From the NCBI GenBank assembly GCA_963765675.1, contig CAVXXK010000001.1, positions 1,376,001 to 1,440,000 on the forward strand: a stretch of DNA of 64,000 nt, read 5' to 3'. A model generated the notes under the pieces. The model was not told where the DNA came from. It saw only the letters and a program-made list of their open reading frames with translations, and ran no database searches. The position numbers were made by a program, and so were the translations under genes. Positions 20,990 to 31,224 of the stretch are shown one piece after another. The number at the start of each line of letters is the position of its first letter. Position 1 is the stretch's first letter. The DNA is from an uncultured delta proteobacterium. GTDB taxonomy: Bacteria; Desulfobacterota; Binatia; Binatales; Binataceae.

Positions 20990-22876
20990 TCAGCGGACAA
21001 AGCGCACGATCCGCGCGGAGTGCGGCGCGAGATCGATATGATCCGGAGCGGGCTCTTCGGCGCCCGTGATACCACGGATCGTGGCCGCGGCTCCCGCAAT
21101 TCCGAGCGTCGCGAGAATTACGCTCGCCGCTTCGTCCCCGCGATTTACGATGATCGCGATTGCGCCCGTCGCCATCTCCTTGACCATGGCCCTGATCGGT
21201 GCGGTGGTCATCAGATCGGCGGCCAGAACCGGCGCATCGGCGCTTCCCGAATCGATCTCCGCGCCCAGTGCCGCGGCCGCGCGATAGATCTGCCGCTCGC
21301 CGTCGCCCACCAGCGCCATGTCGTCCGAGACCAGCAGCATCCCGCCCGAGCCCGCAATAGTCGCGGCCAGCGCGCCGCGCTCGTCCGCGGTGAGCTTGGT
21401 CTCTCTGGCGCGGAGCATCAGGCAATCGGGGTCGTTGAGCCACAACCGCCGATGCATAAAGCTGCGCGCGACGATCGCGTCGAGCGCGTACACCGTGGAC
21501 GGATCACCTGAACCCTCGCTGCCCCAATACGGCGCGACGTCGGGTCCGATCCGCATCCCGTCCACGATTCCAACCGCCGCACCGAGCGGGCAGCCGCATC
21601 CGAGAATGAACGCGCTCTCGCCCGCACCGCGGCGGATCGCTTCGAGGCCGCGCCTAAGCGTCTCGGCCCGGGTGAGGTTCTGATCGTGGCGCGCGCCCTG
21701 CGCGGCGCCCGCGTAAAGAAAATCGAGTTTCAGATATGAGTATCCGAATTCGACGGTGAGCTTGCGGAATAGCCGCTCAAGATGACCAGTGAATGCGGGA
21801 TTGCTTGGGTCCAGGGCGTAGGCAAACTTGTCGTCGTTGACGGTCCAGTTCGGATTGTAGCCCGCGCGCAGCGGCCCGCCGCTTTCGTGGCGGATAAACC
21901 AATCCGGATGCTCACGCATGATACGCGCGTCGCGCGCGGCCAGAAACGGCGCGGTCCAGATTCCCGGCTCGAATCCGGCCGAACGAATCTCGCCGGCCAG
22001 GCGCGCAAGCCCGCCTGGAAATTTCGCGTTAGTCGTGTCCCAATCGCCTAACGCGCTCTGGAAGCCGTCGTCGAGCTGCACGACCTCGATCGGAAACTCG
22101 GCGCGCATCGCGGCCAGCGCGCGCAGATTCGCGCGCATATTTTCTTCGCTGATAGCATGAAAATAGTGGTACCAGGAGCACCATCCGCGCTGGTAGGCTG
22201 CGCCGATACGCGCGTTCATCGCGGCGCCTAGCCTCGCGGCCCATCGCGCGGCCATCCGCGCCGCGCTGTCCTGCGAGCGCGTGACATAGAGCGGCTCGAT
22301 CTCGCACGTTTCGCCCGGGCCTAGCTCCACGCCATCGAAAATCGCTCGCGCCACAATCCGGTCCGGCGCCGGAACGGTCAAAGTTGTGAGCTGATGCGCG
22401 GCGCCGACAAATCCCGCCAGCACGCGTTCCGGATGCCCGTCGCATTCGACGATCGTGAACAACTCAGAGGTTGACGCCTCGGGCGAATCGGCGGGACGCG
22501 TGGTTTCGCTTTGATGATTTATCCGGACGATCGAGTTGGCGCTGTCGTGGCGATGTGCCTTTGTGCCGCCGACGACCTGTGCGCCTGAACTGCTCCATGA
22601 CTGGTAGCCATGCTTGAAGAAGCGCGCAGGTGCCGAGGAATCAAAGCCGGTCGCGAGGGTGAAGCAGACCTCGTCGAGTCGAACCGGCCGTTCGCCGCGG
22701 TTGGTGATCCGCGCGTGGGCGATGCTCGTGGGGTCGGAATAGTCAAAGGAAGCGGCGATCTCCACTCCCGCGACGGTCGCCGCGCATTGTAAGGCTCGCG
22801 CAGGATGCGCCGCCGTGATCGATTGCGCGATACCGCCAGCGTCGTGCAGGCGAGCTTCGATGCTCGTAATTTCCAC
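20990..22876 (-). CDS. Alpha-galactosidase family glycoside hydrolase (GH36)
   Basis: GWCSWY, QLDDGFQ, KFPGG, GIWTAPF, YLKLDFL, MRIGPD, NDPDCL. Confidence 0.88.
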   Translation of the reverse strand: MEITSIEARLHDAGGIAQSITAAHPARALQCAATVAGVEIAASFDYSDPTSIAHARITNRGERPVRLDEVCFTLATGFDSSAPARFFKHGYQSWSSSGAQVVGGTKAHRHDSANSIVRINHQSETTRPADSPEASTSELFTIVECDGHPERVLAGFVGAAHQLTTLTVPAPDRIVARAIFDGVELGPGETCEIEPLYVTRSQDSAARMAARWAARLGAAMNARIGAAYQRGWCSWYHYFHAISEENMRANLRALAAMRAEFPIEVVQLDDGFQSALGDWDTTNAKFPGGLARLAGEIRSAGFEPGIWTAPFLAARDARIMREHPDWFIRHESGGPLRAGYNPNWTVNDDKFAYALDPSNPAFTGHLERLFRKLTVEFGYSYLKLDFLYAGAAQGARHDQNLTRAETLRRGLEAIRRGAGESAFILGCGCPLGAAVGIVDGMRIGPDVAPYWGSEGSGDPSTVYALDAIVARSFMHRRLWLNDPDCLMLRARETKLTADERGALAATIAGSGGMLLVSDDMALVGDGERQIYRAAAALGAEIDSGSADAPVLAADLMTTAPIRAMVKEMATGAIAIIVNRGDEAASVILATLGIAGAAATIRGITGAEEPAPDHIDLAPHSARIVRFVR

Positions 22877-22997
22877 GCGGCCAGCGTCGCAAACGACGCG
22901 CTGCGCGGCAACCCCGGGACAATCGCGAAAAGCGCTCGATTGCGCTGCATTAGTTTGGCAGACTGACGCTTGCTTTCACCTCCGGGGAGAGACGCTT

Positions 22998-24323
22998 ATC
23001 GATACCGTACCAGAGATAGAAGCCGTCGAAGCCGGAGAACCCGGCGACGCGGCCGCGCTTCACGACAACCTGTGGGAAACGCGGCTGGCCGCGTTCCGCG
23101 CACTACGGCATCGCAACTTTCGCCTGTTTTTCGTCGGACAACTCACCTCGCTTATCGGCACCTGGATGCAGTCGGTCGCGCAGGCGTGGCTGGTGCTGCG
23201 GCTGAGCAACTCCTCGATGATGCTGGGGTTGGTCGCATTCGCCGGCTACATGCCGATCGTGCTGGTGGGTTTGTTTGCCGGCGTGGTGGTCGATCACGTC
23301 GATCGGCGCCGCCTGATTATCGCGACGCAGATACTGCTGATGCTGAGCGCGTTCGTGCTCGCCGCTCTCACCTGGGCCGGAGTGGTGCGAGTCGAGCACG
23401 TGATGATCCTGGCAGCGCTCAACGGGCTGGTGAGTTCGTTCGACATGCCCGGGCGGCAGGCGTTCGTGGTCGAGATGGTGGGCAAAGAAGATTTGCCCAA
23501 CGCGATCTCGATGAACTCGATGATCTTCAACGGCGCGCGGATGGTCGGCCCGGCTATCGCGGGAATCCTGATCGCGATCACCGGCGTGGCCGGATGTTTC
23601 TTCTTAAACGGCGTCAGCTACCTTGCCGTTATCTGGAGCCTGCTCGAGATGGACACGCCCCGGCGCGAGCGCCGCCAGTTCGGCGCCGTGATGCTGCGCC
23701 AGGTGCTCGCGGGCTTGACCTATGTCTGGGAGCATCGTCCGAGCTTCTACCTGATGCTGTTGGTCGCGATTAACAGCGGCTTCGCGCTGCAGTACACGGT
23801 GCTGATTCCGATGTTCGCGCGCGACCTGCTGCACAGCGGCGCCAAAGGCTATGGCTTTTTGATGGCGGCGCAGGGCGTCGGCGCAGTGGCCGCCGCGATC
23901 GTGATGAACGTCCGTTCCGACGCGCCGAGGGCCTTGCGCCAGAACCTGGTATTCGGATTGTTTTGCACCGCCGCCGCGATCCTCGTGTTCGGAATTTCCA
24001 AGTGGATGTGGCTCTCGATAGTCGCGCAGATGTTTATCGGCGCGGGCTTGATGAACCACATGGTAACGACCAACACGATGCTGCAACTGTTCGTTGCCGA
24101 CGAGCTGCGCGGCCGCGTCATGAGCATCTACACGCTGTCGTTCATCGGCACCGCGCCGATTGGAAGCCTCGCCGTCGGTTACGTCGGCGAGCGTCTGACC
24201 CCGCAGACCGCGGTGATGATCTGTTCGGGCTTTGCACTGGCTTGTGCGCTCTTGCTGTTGACGCGGCTCAGGATGTTCGCGCAAGCGCAGGAAGCGATCC
24301 TCGAGATGGCGCCGCAGCCGTGA
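22998..24323 (+). CDS. MFS transporter (MFS_3/EntS-like)
   Basis: FRALRHRNFRLFF..SLIGTWMQ, DHVDRRRL, FDMPGRQAF, ELRGRVMS; start uncertain (ATC after GGAG). Confidence 0.85.
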   Translation: MDTVPEIEAVEAGEPGDAAALHDNLWETRLAAFRALRHRNFRLFFVGQLTSLIGTWMQSVAQAWLVLRLSNSSMMLGLVAFAGYMPIVLVGLFAGVVVDHVDRRRLIIATQILLMLSAFVLAALTWAGVVRVEHVMILAALNGLVSSFDMPGRQAFVVEMVGKEDLPNAISMNSMIFNGARMVGPAIAGILIAITGVAGCFFLNGVSYLAVIWSLLEMDTPRRERRQFGAVMLRQVLAGLTYVWEHRPSFYLMLLVAINSGFALQYTVLIPMFARDLLHSGAKGYGFLMAAQGVGAVAAAIVMNVRSDAPRALRQNLVFGLFCTAAAILVFGISKWMWLSIVAQMFIGAGLMNHMVTTNTMLQLFVADELRGRVMSIYTLSFIGTAPIGSLAVGYVGERLTPQTAVMICSGFALACALLLLTRLRMFAQAQEAILEMAPQP

Positions 24324-24351
24324 ATCGTTTGCAGGAGATTTTACGAATTCG

Positions 24352-25626
24352 CTACCACTCGATCAGGACGCGCTGCGGTCCTCGAAACGAGATGTTCGGC
24401 GAATAGGTGAAAGCCTGGTTCGGCGCTAACCGGATCTGGGGAATCCGCCGCGTCAACTCTTCGAGAATAACTTTCAGCTCCAGGCGCGCCAGCGGAGCAC
24501 CGAAGCAGTAGTGAATTCCAAAGCCGAACGCGAGATGCTCCTTCGCGTTGACTCGATGGATATCGAACTCGCCGGAACGTGGAAATTCGGTTTCGTCGCG
24601 ATTGGCGGAACCGATCGCGAGCAGCAGATTGGCGTTCTCGGGAATCCTGACCCCGCCGATTTCAACCGCCCGCGCCGCCCGCCGTCGCCAGGTGATGACC
24701 GAGGTGTCATAGCGCAGAATTTCCTCGATCGCGTTCGGAATCAGAGCAGGATTGGCGCACAGATCGTCCCACGCCGCGCGATGCTCGAGCAGGTTCACAA
24801 CGGCGCTCGCCGTCAGGCTGGTGGTGGTTTCGTGTCCCGCGATGAGGAGTCCGTAAACAACCGTCGCAATCTCCGCGATCGATAAAATCCGGTCGTCGCC
24901 GTTGCGCGCGCGAATCAGATCGCCGACAAAATTATCCGGCGGATTTTCGATCAGGCGCTCGACGTGGCGCAGGCTGTAGCGCCAATACTCGAGCAGGCCC
25001 TTCGCCTCCGTGATTTGCTGAGCCTCGGACAAATGCCCCCACGTGAGCATCAGCCGGTTCTTAGCCCAGCTCTTCACGCGCGGCACGTCGGCCGCAGGCA
25101 TCCCCAAAAAGATGAACAGCACCAGCACCGGCAGCTCATAAACCATGTCGCGTACCAGGTCGGCGCTGCGGCGCGGTTCGATCTCGTCGAGAAATCTGGT
25201 GACGATCGCGCGAATATCGGTCTCGAGCTTCGCGACGCGGCGCGGCGTGAACGCCTGGCCGGTGAACTTGCGGATGCGCGTGTGCGCGGGAGGATCGGCG
25301 TTCGACATCGCCGGCACCGCGCCGAAGCCGCCCTCGCGAAGTATCGCGACGACTTTCGGCGAGAGCGGGGCGATCGGGTTCTGGACGTTCGACGCGGAGA
25401 ACGTTTTTGGATCGGCAAAGATTGCCTTCACGTCCGCGTAACGGGTGACGACCCAGTAATCGATCTCCGGACTGTAAAAGACCGGTTCTTCGGTGCGCGC
25501 GCGCAGCCAGAACGGATAAGGACTCGCGAGATATGGATCAACGAATGGATTGAATTCCGCGCCCAATCCTGTGACCGGGCATTTGCTCGCCGCGCGATCG
25601 GGTGAATCCTCGGAAGGTAGTCGCAT
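24352..25626 (-). CDS. Cytochrome P450
   Basis: I-helix AGHETT, EEILR (ExxR), heme motif [13 protein letters not shown]. Confidence 0.93.
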   Translation of the reverse strand: MRLPSEDSPDRAASKCPVTGLGAEFNPFVDPYLASPYPFWLRARTEEPVFYSPEIDYWVVTRYADVKAIFADPKTFSASNVQNPIAPLSPKVVAILREGGFGAVPAMSNADPPAHTRIRKFTGQAFTPRRVAKLETDIRAIVTRFLDEIEPRRSADLVRDMVYELPVLVLFIFLGMPAADVPRVKSWAKNRLMLTWGHLSEAQQITEAKGLLEYWRYSLRHVERLIENPPDNFVGDLIRARNGDDRILSIAEIATVVYGLLIAGHETTTSLTASAVVNLLEHRAAWDDLCANPALIPNAIEEILRYDTSVITWRRRAARAVEIGGVRIPENANLLLAIGSANRDETEFPRSGEFDIHRVNAKEHLAFGFGIHYCFGAPLARLELKVILEELTRRIPQIRLAPNQAFTYSPNISFRGPQRVLIEW

Positions 25627-25743
25627 CGCGATACACCCCTTGGCGCTCATGCCGCGCCGAGACTCGACCATAGCCGAACCCACGCGGCATCGAAAACCCC
25701 GCGGGCTTGCGTCCGCGGCGCACGCTCTCCGATAATCGCGCTT

Positions 25744-27160
25744 GTGGCATCGGGACCGGCAAAACACGTAAGCGCGGCGAGCAAGTCGCGCACGCAGGCG
25801 CTCAGCGCGATGCCTCCGATCGACGAATGCCTGCGCGCCGCCGAAAACGAACCCAAGTTGGCCGCGCTTGGCGGTGCGTATTTGAAGATGCTCCTGCGCC
25901 GCGCGCAAGCTGACCTGCGCGAGGAACTTCGAGCCGGACGCGGCGGCGACCGCGCCGCGCTGCTTGCCGAGATTATCCGCCGCGCCGCGAACGCCGCTGC
26001 CGCCGATGAACCTCATCTGCGGCCTGTCGTGAACGCGACCGGAGTGGTGCTCCACACCAACTTGGGCCGCGCGATCCTGGCCGAGTCAGCGATCGAGGCG
26101 ATCGAGATGGCGGCGCGATCGGCGGTGAACCTCGAGTACGATCTCGAATCGGGCGAGCGCGGCGATCGTGACGCGATCGTCGAGGAAGTACTCTGCGCGC
26201 TGACCGGCGCCGAGGCCGCCACCGTCGTCAACAACAACGCCGCGGCGGTGCTGCTGGTGCTGGGTACGCTCGCGCTCGGACGCGAGGTGGTCGTGTCGCG
26301 CGGCGAGCTGATCGAGATCGGCGGCGCGTTCCGGATTCCGGACGTGATGACTCGCGCCGGCGCGCGTCTGCGAGAGGTCGGCACGACGAACCGGACGCAT
26401 CCGCGCGACTTCGCCGACGCGATCGGTCCGGATACCGCGCTCCTGATGAAGGTGCATCCGTCGAACTACCGGATCGTCGGTTTTACGAGCGACGTCCCTC
26501 TCGAAGAGCTGGTGCGGATCGGGCGCGAGCAGGGCATCGACGTGGTCGAGGACCTCGGCGCGGGCGCGTTGGTCGATCTCTCGCGCTACGGATTGCCGCC
26601 GCGAGCCGATTATCGCCGATCGGATTGCGGCGGGTGCCGCGATTGTGACTTTTTCAGGCGACAAGCTGCTCGGTGGTCCGCAATCCGGACTCGTCGTCGG
26701 GCGGCGGAGTCTGATCGCGAAGCTCAAAGCGAATCCCCTTCGCCGCGCGCTCCGATGCGACAAGCTCACGCTCGCGGCGCTCGAAGCGACGCTCAGAATC
26801 TATCTGCGCTCGGCGGACGTTGCCGATGAAATTCCGACGCTGCGCCTGATGCGGCGAAAGCCGGCGGAGTTGCGCACGATTGCGGAGCGCGCTCGCGCGA
26901 TAATCTCCGAACGGATCGGCGCGGAATTCACGGTCGAAGTAACGGACGCCGCGTCGCGCGCCGGCTCGGGCTCGCTGCCCGACGCGGCGCTCGAGTCGGC
27001 GGGCGTCAGGATCACGCACGCACGAATCTCTCCCAGCGCGATTGCCGCGCGCTTCCGCCGCGCGAGAATTATCGGGCGCGTCGCCGATGATTCGTTTATT
27101 CTCGATATGCGGACGATCGAAGATCCTGCGGTGTTCGCAGTCGATCTAAAACACGAATGA
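25744..27160 (+). CDS. selA: L-seryl-tRNA(Sec) selenium transferase (split by an apparent 1-nt insertion near 26599)
   Basis: [46 protein letters not shown], then [11 protein letters not shown] in the next frame; removing one C gives GLP-REPII. Confidence 0.9.
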
Positions 27161-27198
27161 CCGGGCGTGTCCGCCGTCCGCGCCAGGGAGAAATCATC

Positions 27199-27420
27199 AT
27201 GCCGGACAACAGTTACAAGATTATTGATATCGTGGGCGTATCCGACGACAGTATCCAGCAGGCTGTGCGCAACGCGATCTCCAAGGCGCAGAAGACGATC
27301 AGAAGTATTCAGTGGTTCGAGGTTGAAAATGTCCGCGGCTCGATCCAGAAAGACGGCAAACCCGAATTCCAGGTGCAGGTCCGAATCGGTTTCCGTCTCG
27401 AAGGCGCAGCCGCCGACTGA
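27199..27420 (+). CDS. Dodecin family flavin-binding protein
   Basis: YKIIDIVGVS..AVRNAI..WFEV..FQVQVRIGFRL; GGAG SD. Confidence 0.9.
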   Translation: MPDNSYKIIDIVGVSDDSIQQAVRNAISKAQKTIRSIQWFEVENVRGSIQKDGKPEFQVQVRIGFRLEGAAAD

Positions 27421-27435
27421 ACGCTGGAGGCAGCG

Positions 27436-28290
27436 ATGAAATTCGGCACCTTCCTGATGCAGACGAATCCCTCGAGTCTCGGCGCGGTCGCGCGCAAGGC
27501 CGAGGAGCTCGGCTACGAGTCGCTCTGGATTCCCGAACACATCATCCTGCCGCTCCAGTACAAATCGCCCTATCCATATTCGTCGAGCGGGCGGATGCCG
27601 GCGCCGCCGGAAACGCCGCTGCACGATCCGATGCTCGCGCTCGCGTTTATCGCGGGAATCACCACGCGGATTCGGCTCGCGACGGGAATCTACGTGCTGC
27701 CGATCAGAAATCCCTTTACCACCGCGAAAGCCGTCGCCAGCCTGGACGTGCTCTCGGGCGGGCGCTTCATCTTTGGCGTCGGAATCGGATGGCTCGAAGA
27801 AGAGTTCACCGCCGTCGGAATGGATTTCAAGAATCGCGCGCTGCGCTCCCGCGAATACGTCGAGCTGCTGAAGGAGCTATGGGCGAGCAACGATCCGGTC
27901 TACGAGGGCAAGACCGTCAAGATCAAAGGCTTCCGCATGATGCCCAAGCCGGTACAGAAACCGCATCCGCCGTTCGTGTTCGGAGGGCATACGGAACCCT
28001 CGCTGAAACGGGCCGCGCGCCTTGGTGACGGATGGTACGGAATCGCCGAGAGCCTGCCCGATATTCGCGGCGTGATCACGCGTCTGCGCGGGCACGAGGC
28101 GGCGCTCGGCCGCACCACGCCGCTCGAACTGACGGTCAGCCCCCGCCTGGGGGGCCCGGTGACGATCGAGCAGGTTCACCAGCTCGCCGAGATGGGCGTC
28201 TCGCGAATAATCCTCGGGACCACGCCCACGACCCGCGAGCAGCTAGCCGAGATGGAGCGGCTGCGCGACGAGGTGATGGCCAAGGTCTGA
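27436..28290 (+). CDS. LLM class F420-dependent oxidoreductase
   Basis: AEELGYESLWIPEH, SLDVLSGGRF.FGVGIGW, PKPVQKPHPP, RAARLGDGW. Confidence 0.88.
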   Translation: MKFGTFLMQTNPSSLGAVARKAEELGYESLWIPEHIILPLQYKSPYPYSSSGRMPAPPETPLHDPMLALAFIAGITTRIRLATGIYVLPIRNPFTTAKAVASLDVLSGGRFIFGVGIGWLEEEFTAVGMDFKNRALRSREYVELLKELWASNDPVYEGKTVKIKGFRMMPKPVQKPHPPFVFGGHTEPSLKRAARLGDGWYGIAESLPDIRGVITRLRGHEAALGRTTPLELTVSPRLGGPVTIEQVHQLAEMGVSRIILGTTPTTREQLAEMERLRDEVMAKV

Positions 28291-28343
28291 GTCGCCAACG
28301 AAGCGCTTTGCGTAGCTCATTCCAATCGACTGCTTTCGCGACT

Positions 28344-28521
28344 GGCGAGATTCCTCGCGATGAGTGCAACGGGAGACGATCTGCATAATGCTGGATTGGC
28401 AGTTGATCCGCGCTCGGAATGACAATTTTTGCTGCCTTGGTGTCATTCCGAGCGCGCTCAGGCAGCCAGCATCATATCGTACGCATTACTGTGAGTGGCA
28501 GGCGTCGCGAGGAATCTCGCC
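28344..28521. repeat. Nested palindromic REP-like doublet (GTCATTCCGAGC...GCGAGGAATCTC family)
   Basis: Perfect 17-bp inverted pair 28344-28360/28505-28521 and perfect 16-bp inverted pair 28409-28424/28441-28456. Confidence 0.8.
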
Positions 28522-28668
28522 CTCGGCATTTGCGCAATCTATAAAGAGGTTTATGCAAAGGGCGCCGGAATTTTTCCGCGCCGGGCAGTCGATAATGCTT
28601 GGCGTGACGCGGTCGGCGCAGATATCATCACTGCGGCTTCACGCCCCCGATGGAGGCGCGCGCACTCG

Positions 28669-30171
28669 ATGAAAAGATGCCCGTCCTGCGACAAAACCTA
28701 TCCTGACAGTGAAACCTTTTGCGAGACCGACGGCACCGCGCTCGTGGGTGCCGATCCTGCCTTCGTGCAGGGCGCGGCCGGCGGAGTCGAGTGTCCGGTC
28801 TGCGGCGGCAAAGCCGAGCCGGGCGAAGTAATCTGCAATTTTTGTGGCGCGCGGCTTTCCGGCGAAGGCGCGCCATCCGCGCCGCCGAGCGCGCCTGCGC
28901 CTCCTGTCACGCCAGCGCGTCCCGGTAGCAGCAAGACCGAAATTTCTTCGCAGCCGCTGTCGGGACAATTCACCGGCAGGACGAGCGAGCCGCCGCCGCC
29001 CGAGTATGAAGACGAGACCGGGGGAGCGAGCGGATTCCTGCGCCTGATTGCCTATATCGTCGCGGCGCTGATCGCTCTTATCGGCGGCGCATGGCTCGCG
29101 ATTCATCTGACGGCGCATCATCCGAGTGTTGGCGTGCAAGCTTCGCCCTCGCCGATCGCGTCGCCTTCTCCGATCGTTGCGGCCGCGCCGATGGTCGCGC
29201 TCGCGAGCAGTATTCCAATCCAGGTGACGGGCGAGTCGGCGAGCGCGCCGGAACGCAGCGCGTCGGTTACCCGCAACGCCTTCGAAAACGGCAAGCCCGC
29301 CTTGCTCGACGCCTATCGGCACGCGCTCGGCGCCGACCCGAATTGCAAGGACGGGATGATGGTGCGGATCCGGGTTTTGCCCGACGGCACGATCTCGCAG
29401 GCCTCTGTCCTGACTTCGACAGCGCCAAACCCGGGCCTCGACGCCGAGGTTGCTGGAGACGTGACGGCTTGGAGCTTCGCGCCGTTCAGTGGCGGGCAGG
29501 TGGAAGTCAGCTATCCGATAATTTTCGCGCAGACCGCTGCCGATCAGGCTGCCGTCGAGTCCGCGCTCAGCGCAAAGCTCGCCAGCCTGAGTCCGACGGA
29601 GACACCCGAATACACGTCCGCGACGCCTTCGCCGGTCGCATCTGCAGCCGCGTCTCCGGCTGCCGCGCCCGCCGCGGCGCCCTCAGTGGTAGCTGCGCCG
29701 CCGCCGGTGGTTCGCAAGCGTCGTCCGGCGACGCCGCGTCCGCGCCCGACTCCTTCGCTCTACGATCGAGTCAACAGCGCTCTCAGGTCCAGCCGCAAAC
29801 TCGGCAGGGTCCAGGCCTACACCACAGCCGGCGGCACGGTGACGCTTACCGGCAGAGTATTCGACGACAAGGACAAGGCGTTCGCTGAAAGCACGATCCG
29901 CTCAGTGCCGGGAGTCGTCCAAGTCATCAACACGGTGACGACCGACACAGGAGTATGGGCGCAAGAACAGGCGACGATTCAGCAGCAGCTCGCCAACGCG
30001 GGACTGCCGAATGTGACGGTCAAAGTGATCGGCAAGGATGCCTACTTGAACGGCACGGTGAAAACCGATCTCGAGAAGCAGCGCGCGGTGACGATCACCG
30101 AAGGCGCGGCGCCGGTCACGGTGCGCGGCAACGTGATCACCGTCGTGCCGGGCAGTATGTTCGGGTTCTGA
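28669..30171 (+). CDS. Membrane-anchored protein: double zinc ribbon, TM helix, TonB-C/AgmX-like domain, two BON domains
   Basis: CPSC..FCETDG and CPVC..CNFC, one TM helix, VRIRVLPDGTI..VSYPIIF, VTLTGRV..VPGVVQVIN and AYLNGTV BON motifs. Confidence 0.75.
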   Translation: MKRCPSCDKTYPDSETFCETDGTALVGADPAFVQGAAGGVECPVCGGKAEPGEVICNFCGARLSGEGAPSAPPSAPAPPVTPARPGSSKTEISSQPLSGQFTGRTSEPPPPEYEDETGGASGFLRLIAYIVAALIALIGGAWLAIHLTAHHPSVGVQASPSPIASPSPIVAAAPMVALASSIPIQVTGESASAPERSASVTRNAFENGKPALLDAYRHALGADPNCKDGMMVRIRVLPDGTISQASVLTSTAPNPGLDAEVAGDVTAWSFAPFSGGQVEVSYPIIFAQTAADQAAVESALSAKLASLSPTETPEYTSATPSPVASAAASPAAAPAAAPSVVAAPPPVVRKRRPATPRPRPTPSLYDRVNSALRSSRKLGRVQAYTTAGGTVTLTGRVFDDKDKAFAESTIRSVPGVVQVINTVTTDTGVWAQEQATIQQQLANAGLPNVTVKVIGKDAYLNGTVKTDLEKQRAVTITEGAAPVTVRGNVITVVPGSMFGF

Positions 30172-30325
30172 TTTCGCAAGAGCGAACGCATGCGCGGCCG
30201 AACTGACGCAAACCAAACTTGCACTATGAGGCCTCGCTTGCGCTATTGACAACGAATCGACCCGGCGATTAGATGATTTCCAGAAAGCGGCGCCTGCCGC
30301 TCCCCCCAGGAGGTTCTGGTTTCCA

Positions 30326-30658
30326 ATGCCCGACGCAGCACCAACGTCAGCAAAGCAAGTTTTTGCCGAAATGCCGAATCGCTTCAACAAGGAAGCCGCA
30401 AAAGGTCTGAACGCGGTTTACCAGTTCGACCTCTCGGGCGACGGCGGCGGCAAATGGCATGTAATTATCAAAGACGAAAACTGTGAGGTCAAAGAAGGAC
30501 CTGCGGCGTCCCCGAGCATCACCATCTCGATGACCGCGCAGGACTACCTCGACATGATCAGCGGCAAGCTGAACGGCCAGATGGCCTTCATGACCGGCAA
30601 ACTCCGGATCGCGGGCGATATGGGACTCGCGCTCCGCATGCAGAGCCTGTTCCAATAG
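30326..30658 (+). CDS. SCP2 sterol/lipid-binding domain protein
   Basis: YQFDLSGDGGG.W..GQMAFMTGKLRIAGDM; AGGAGG SD. Confidence 0.9.
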   Translation: MPDAAPTSAKQVFAEMPNRFNKEAAKGLNAVYQFDLSGDGGGKWHVIIKDENCEVKEGPAASPSITISMTAQDYLDMISGKLNGQMAFMTGKLRIAGDMGLALRMQSLFQ

Positions 30659-30975
30659 GCGCAGCGGGATAAACCGCCTGATTCAGCTATCGATAGCGCC
30701 GGGTCCGAACCCCGGGCCCGGCGCGACTCTACTGCAAGCCATTCTTCCAGCAATTCAATTTCAGATCGATTTTACCGGTGCGAGCTTAAGATTCGGCCGT
30801 AATCGCGAATACTCTCTGACCTATCGCACAGATCGCTGAGGCTCACTTCCACGCGGACATCCGCGCCACTTCACCGAGCATTCCCGTATCCACTTCAACT
30901 CAACTCAAGTCAAATTGTTTGCAAACGTCACTATCGACAGGAGGACGGATCCACGTCACAGGAGATTGAAACCGT

Positions 30976-31224
30976 ATGAGTGAACCCGAAATGAACGACG
31001 AACCCGAGAAGACGAACCGCGGCGACGGTGCCGATAACGACTCGGTTGCCTCGAAGCTCTCGCAGGAGCTGAGCAACTGGCGTCGCAAGCGAACCTCGTC
31101 ACGGCCCGCGCGCCCCGAAATGATGGGGTCGAACCATTCCGAGCCCGCCCGCACTATCAAGGTGCGCGGCCATGAAACGCTGGTCGTACGCAAGGCCAAG
31201 CTCAAGCCGCCGTCGAATCCCTGA
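30976..31224 (+). CDS. Small hypothetical protein (82 aa)
   Basis: AGGAG SD upstream; occupies an otherwise empty intergenic region. Confidence 0.55.
   Translation: MSEPEMNDEPEKTNRGDGADNDSVASKLSQELSNWRRKRTSSRPARPEMMGSNHSEPARTIKVRGHETLVVRKAKLKPPSNP

Noticed and set aside
30696-30724. GC-rich hairpin after SCP2 considered as a tRNA fragment
   Set aside because: No cloverleaf, T-loop consensus or CCA; a simple hairpin at most.
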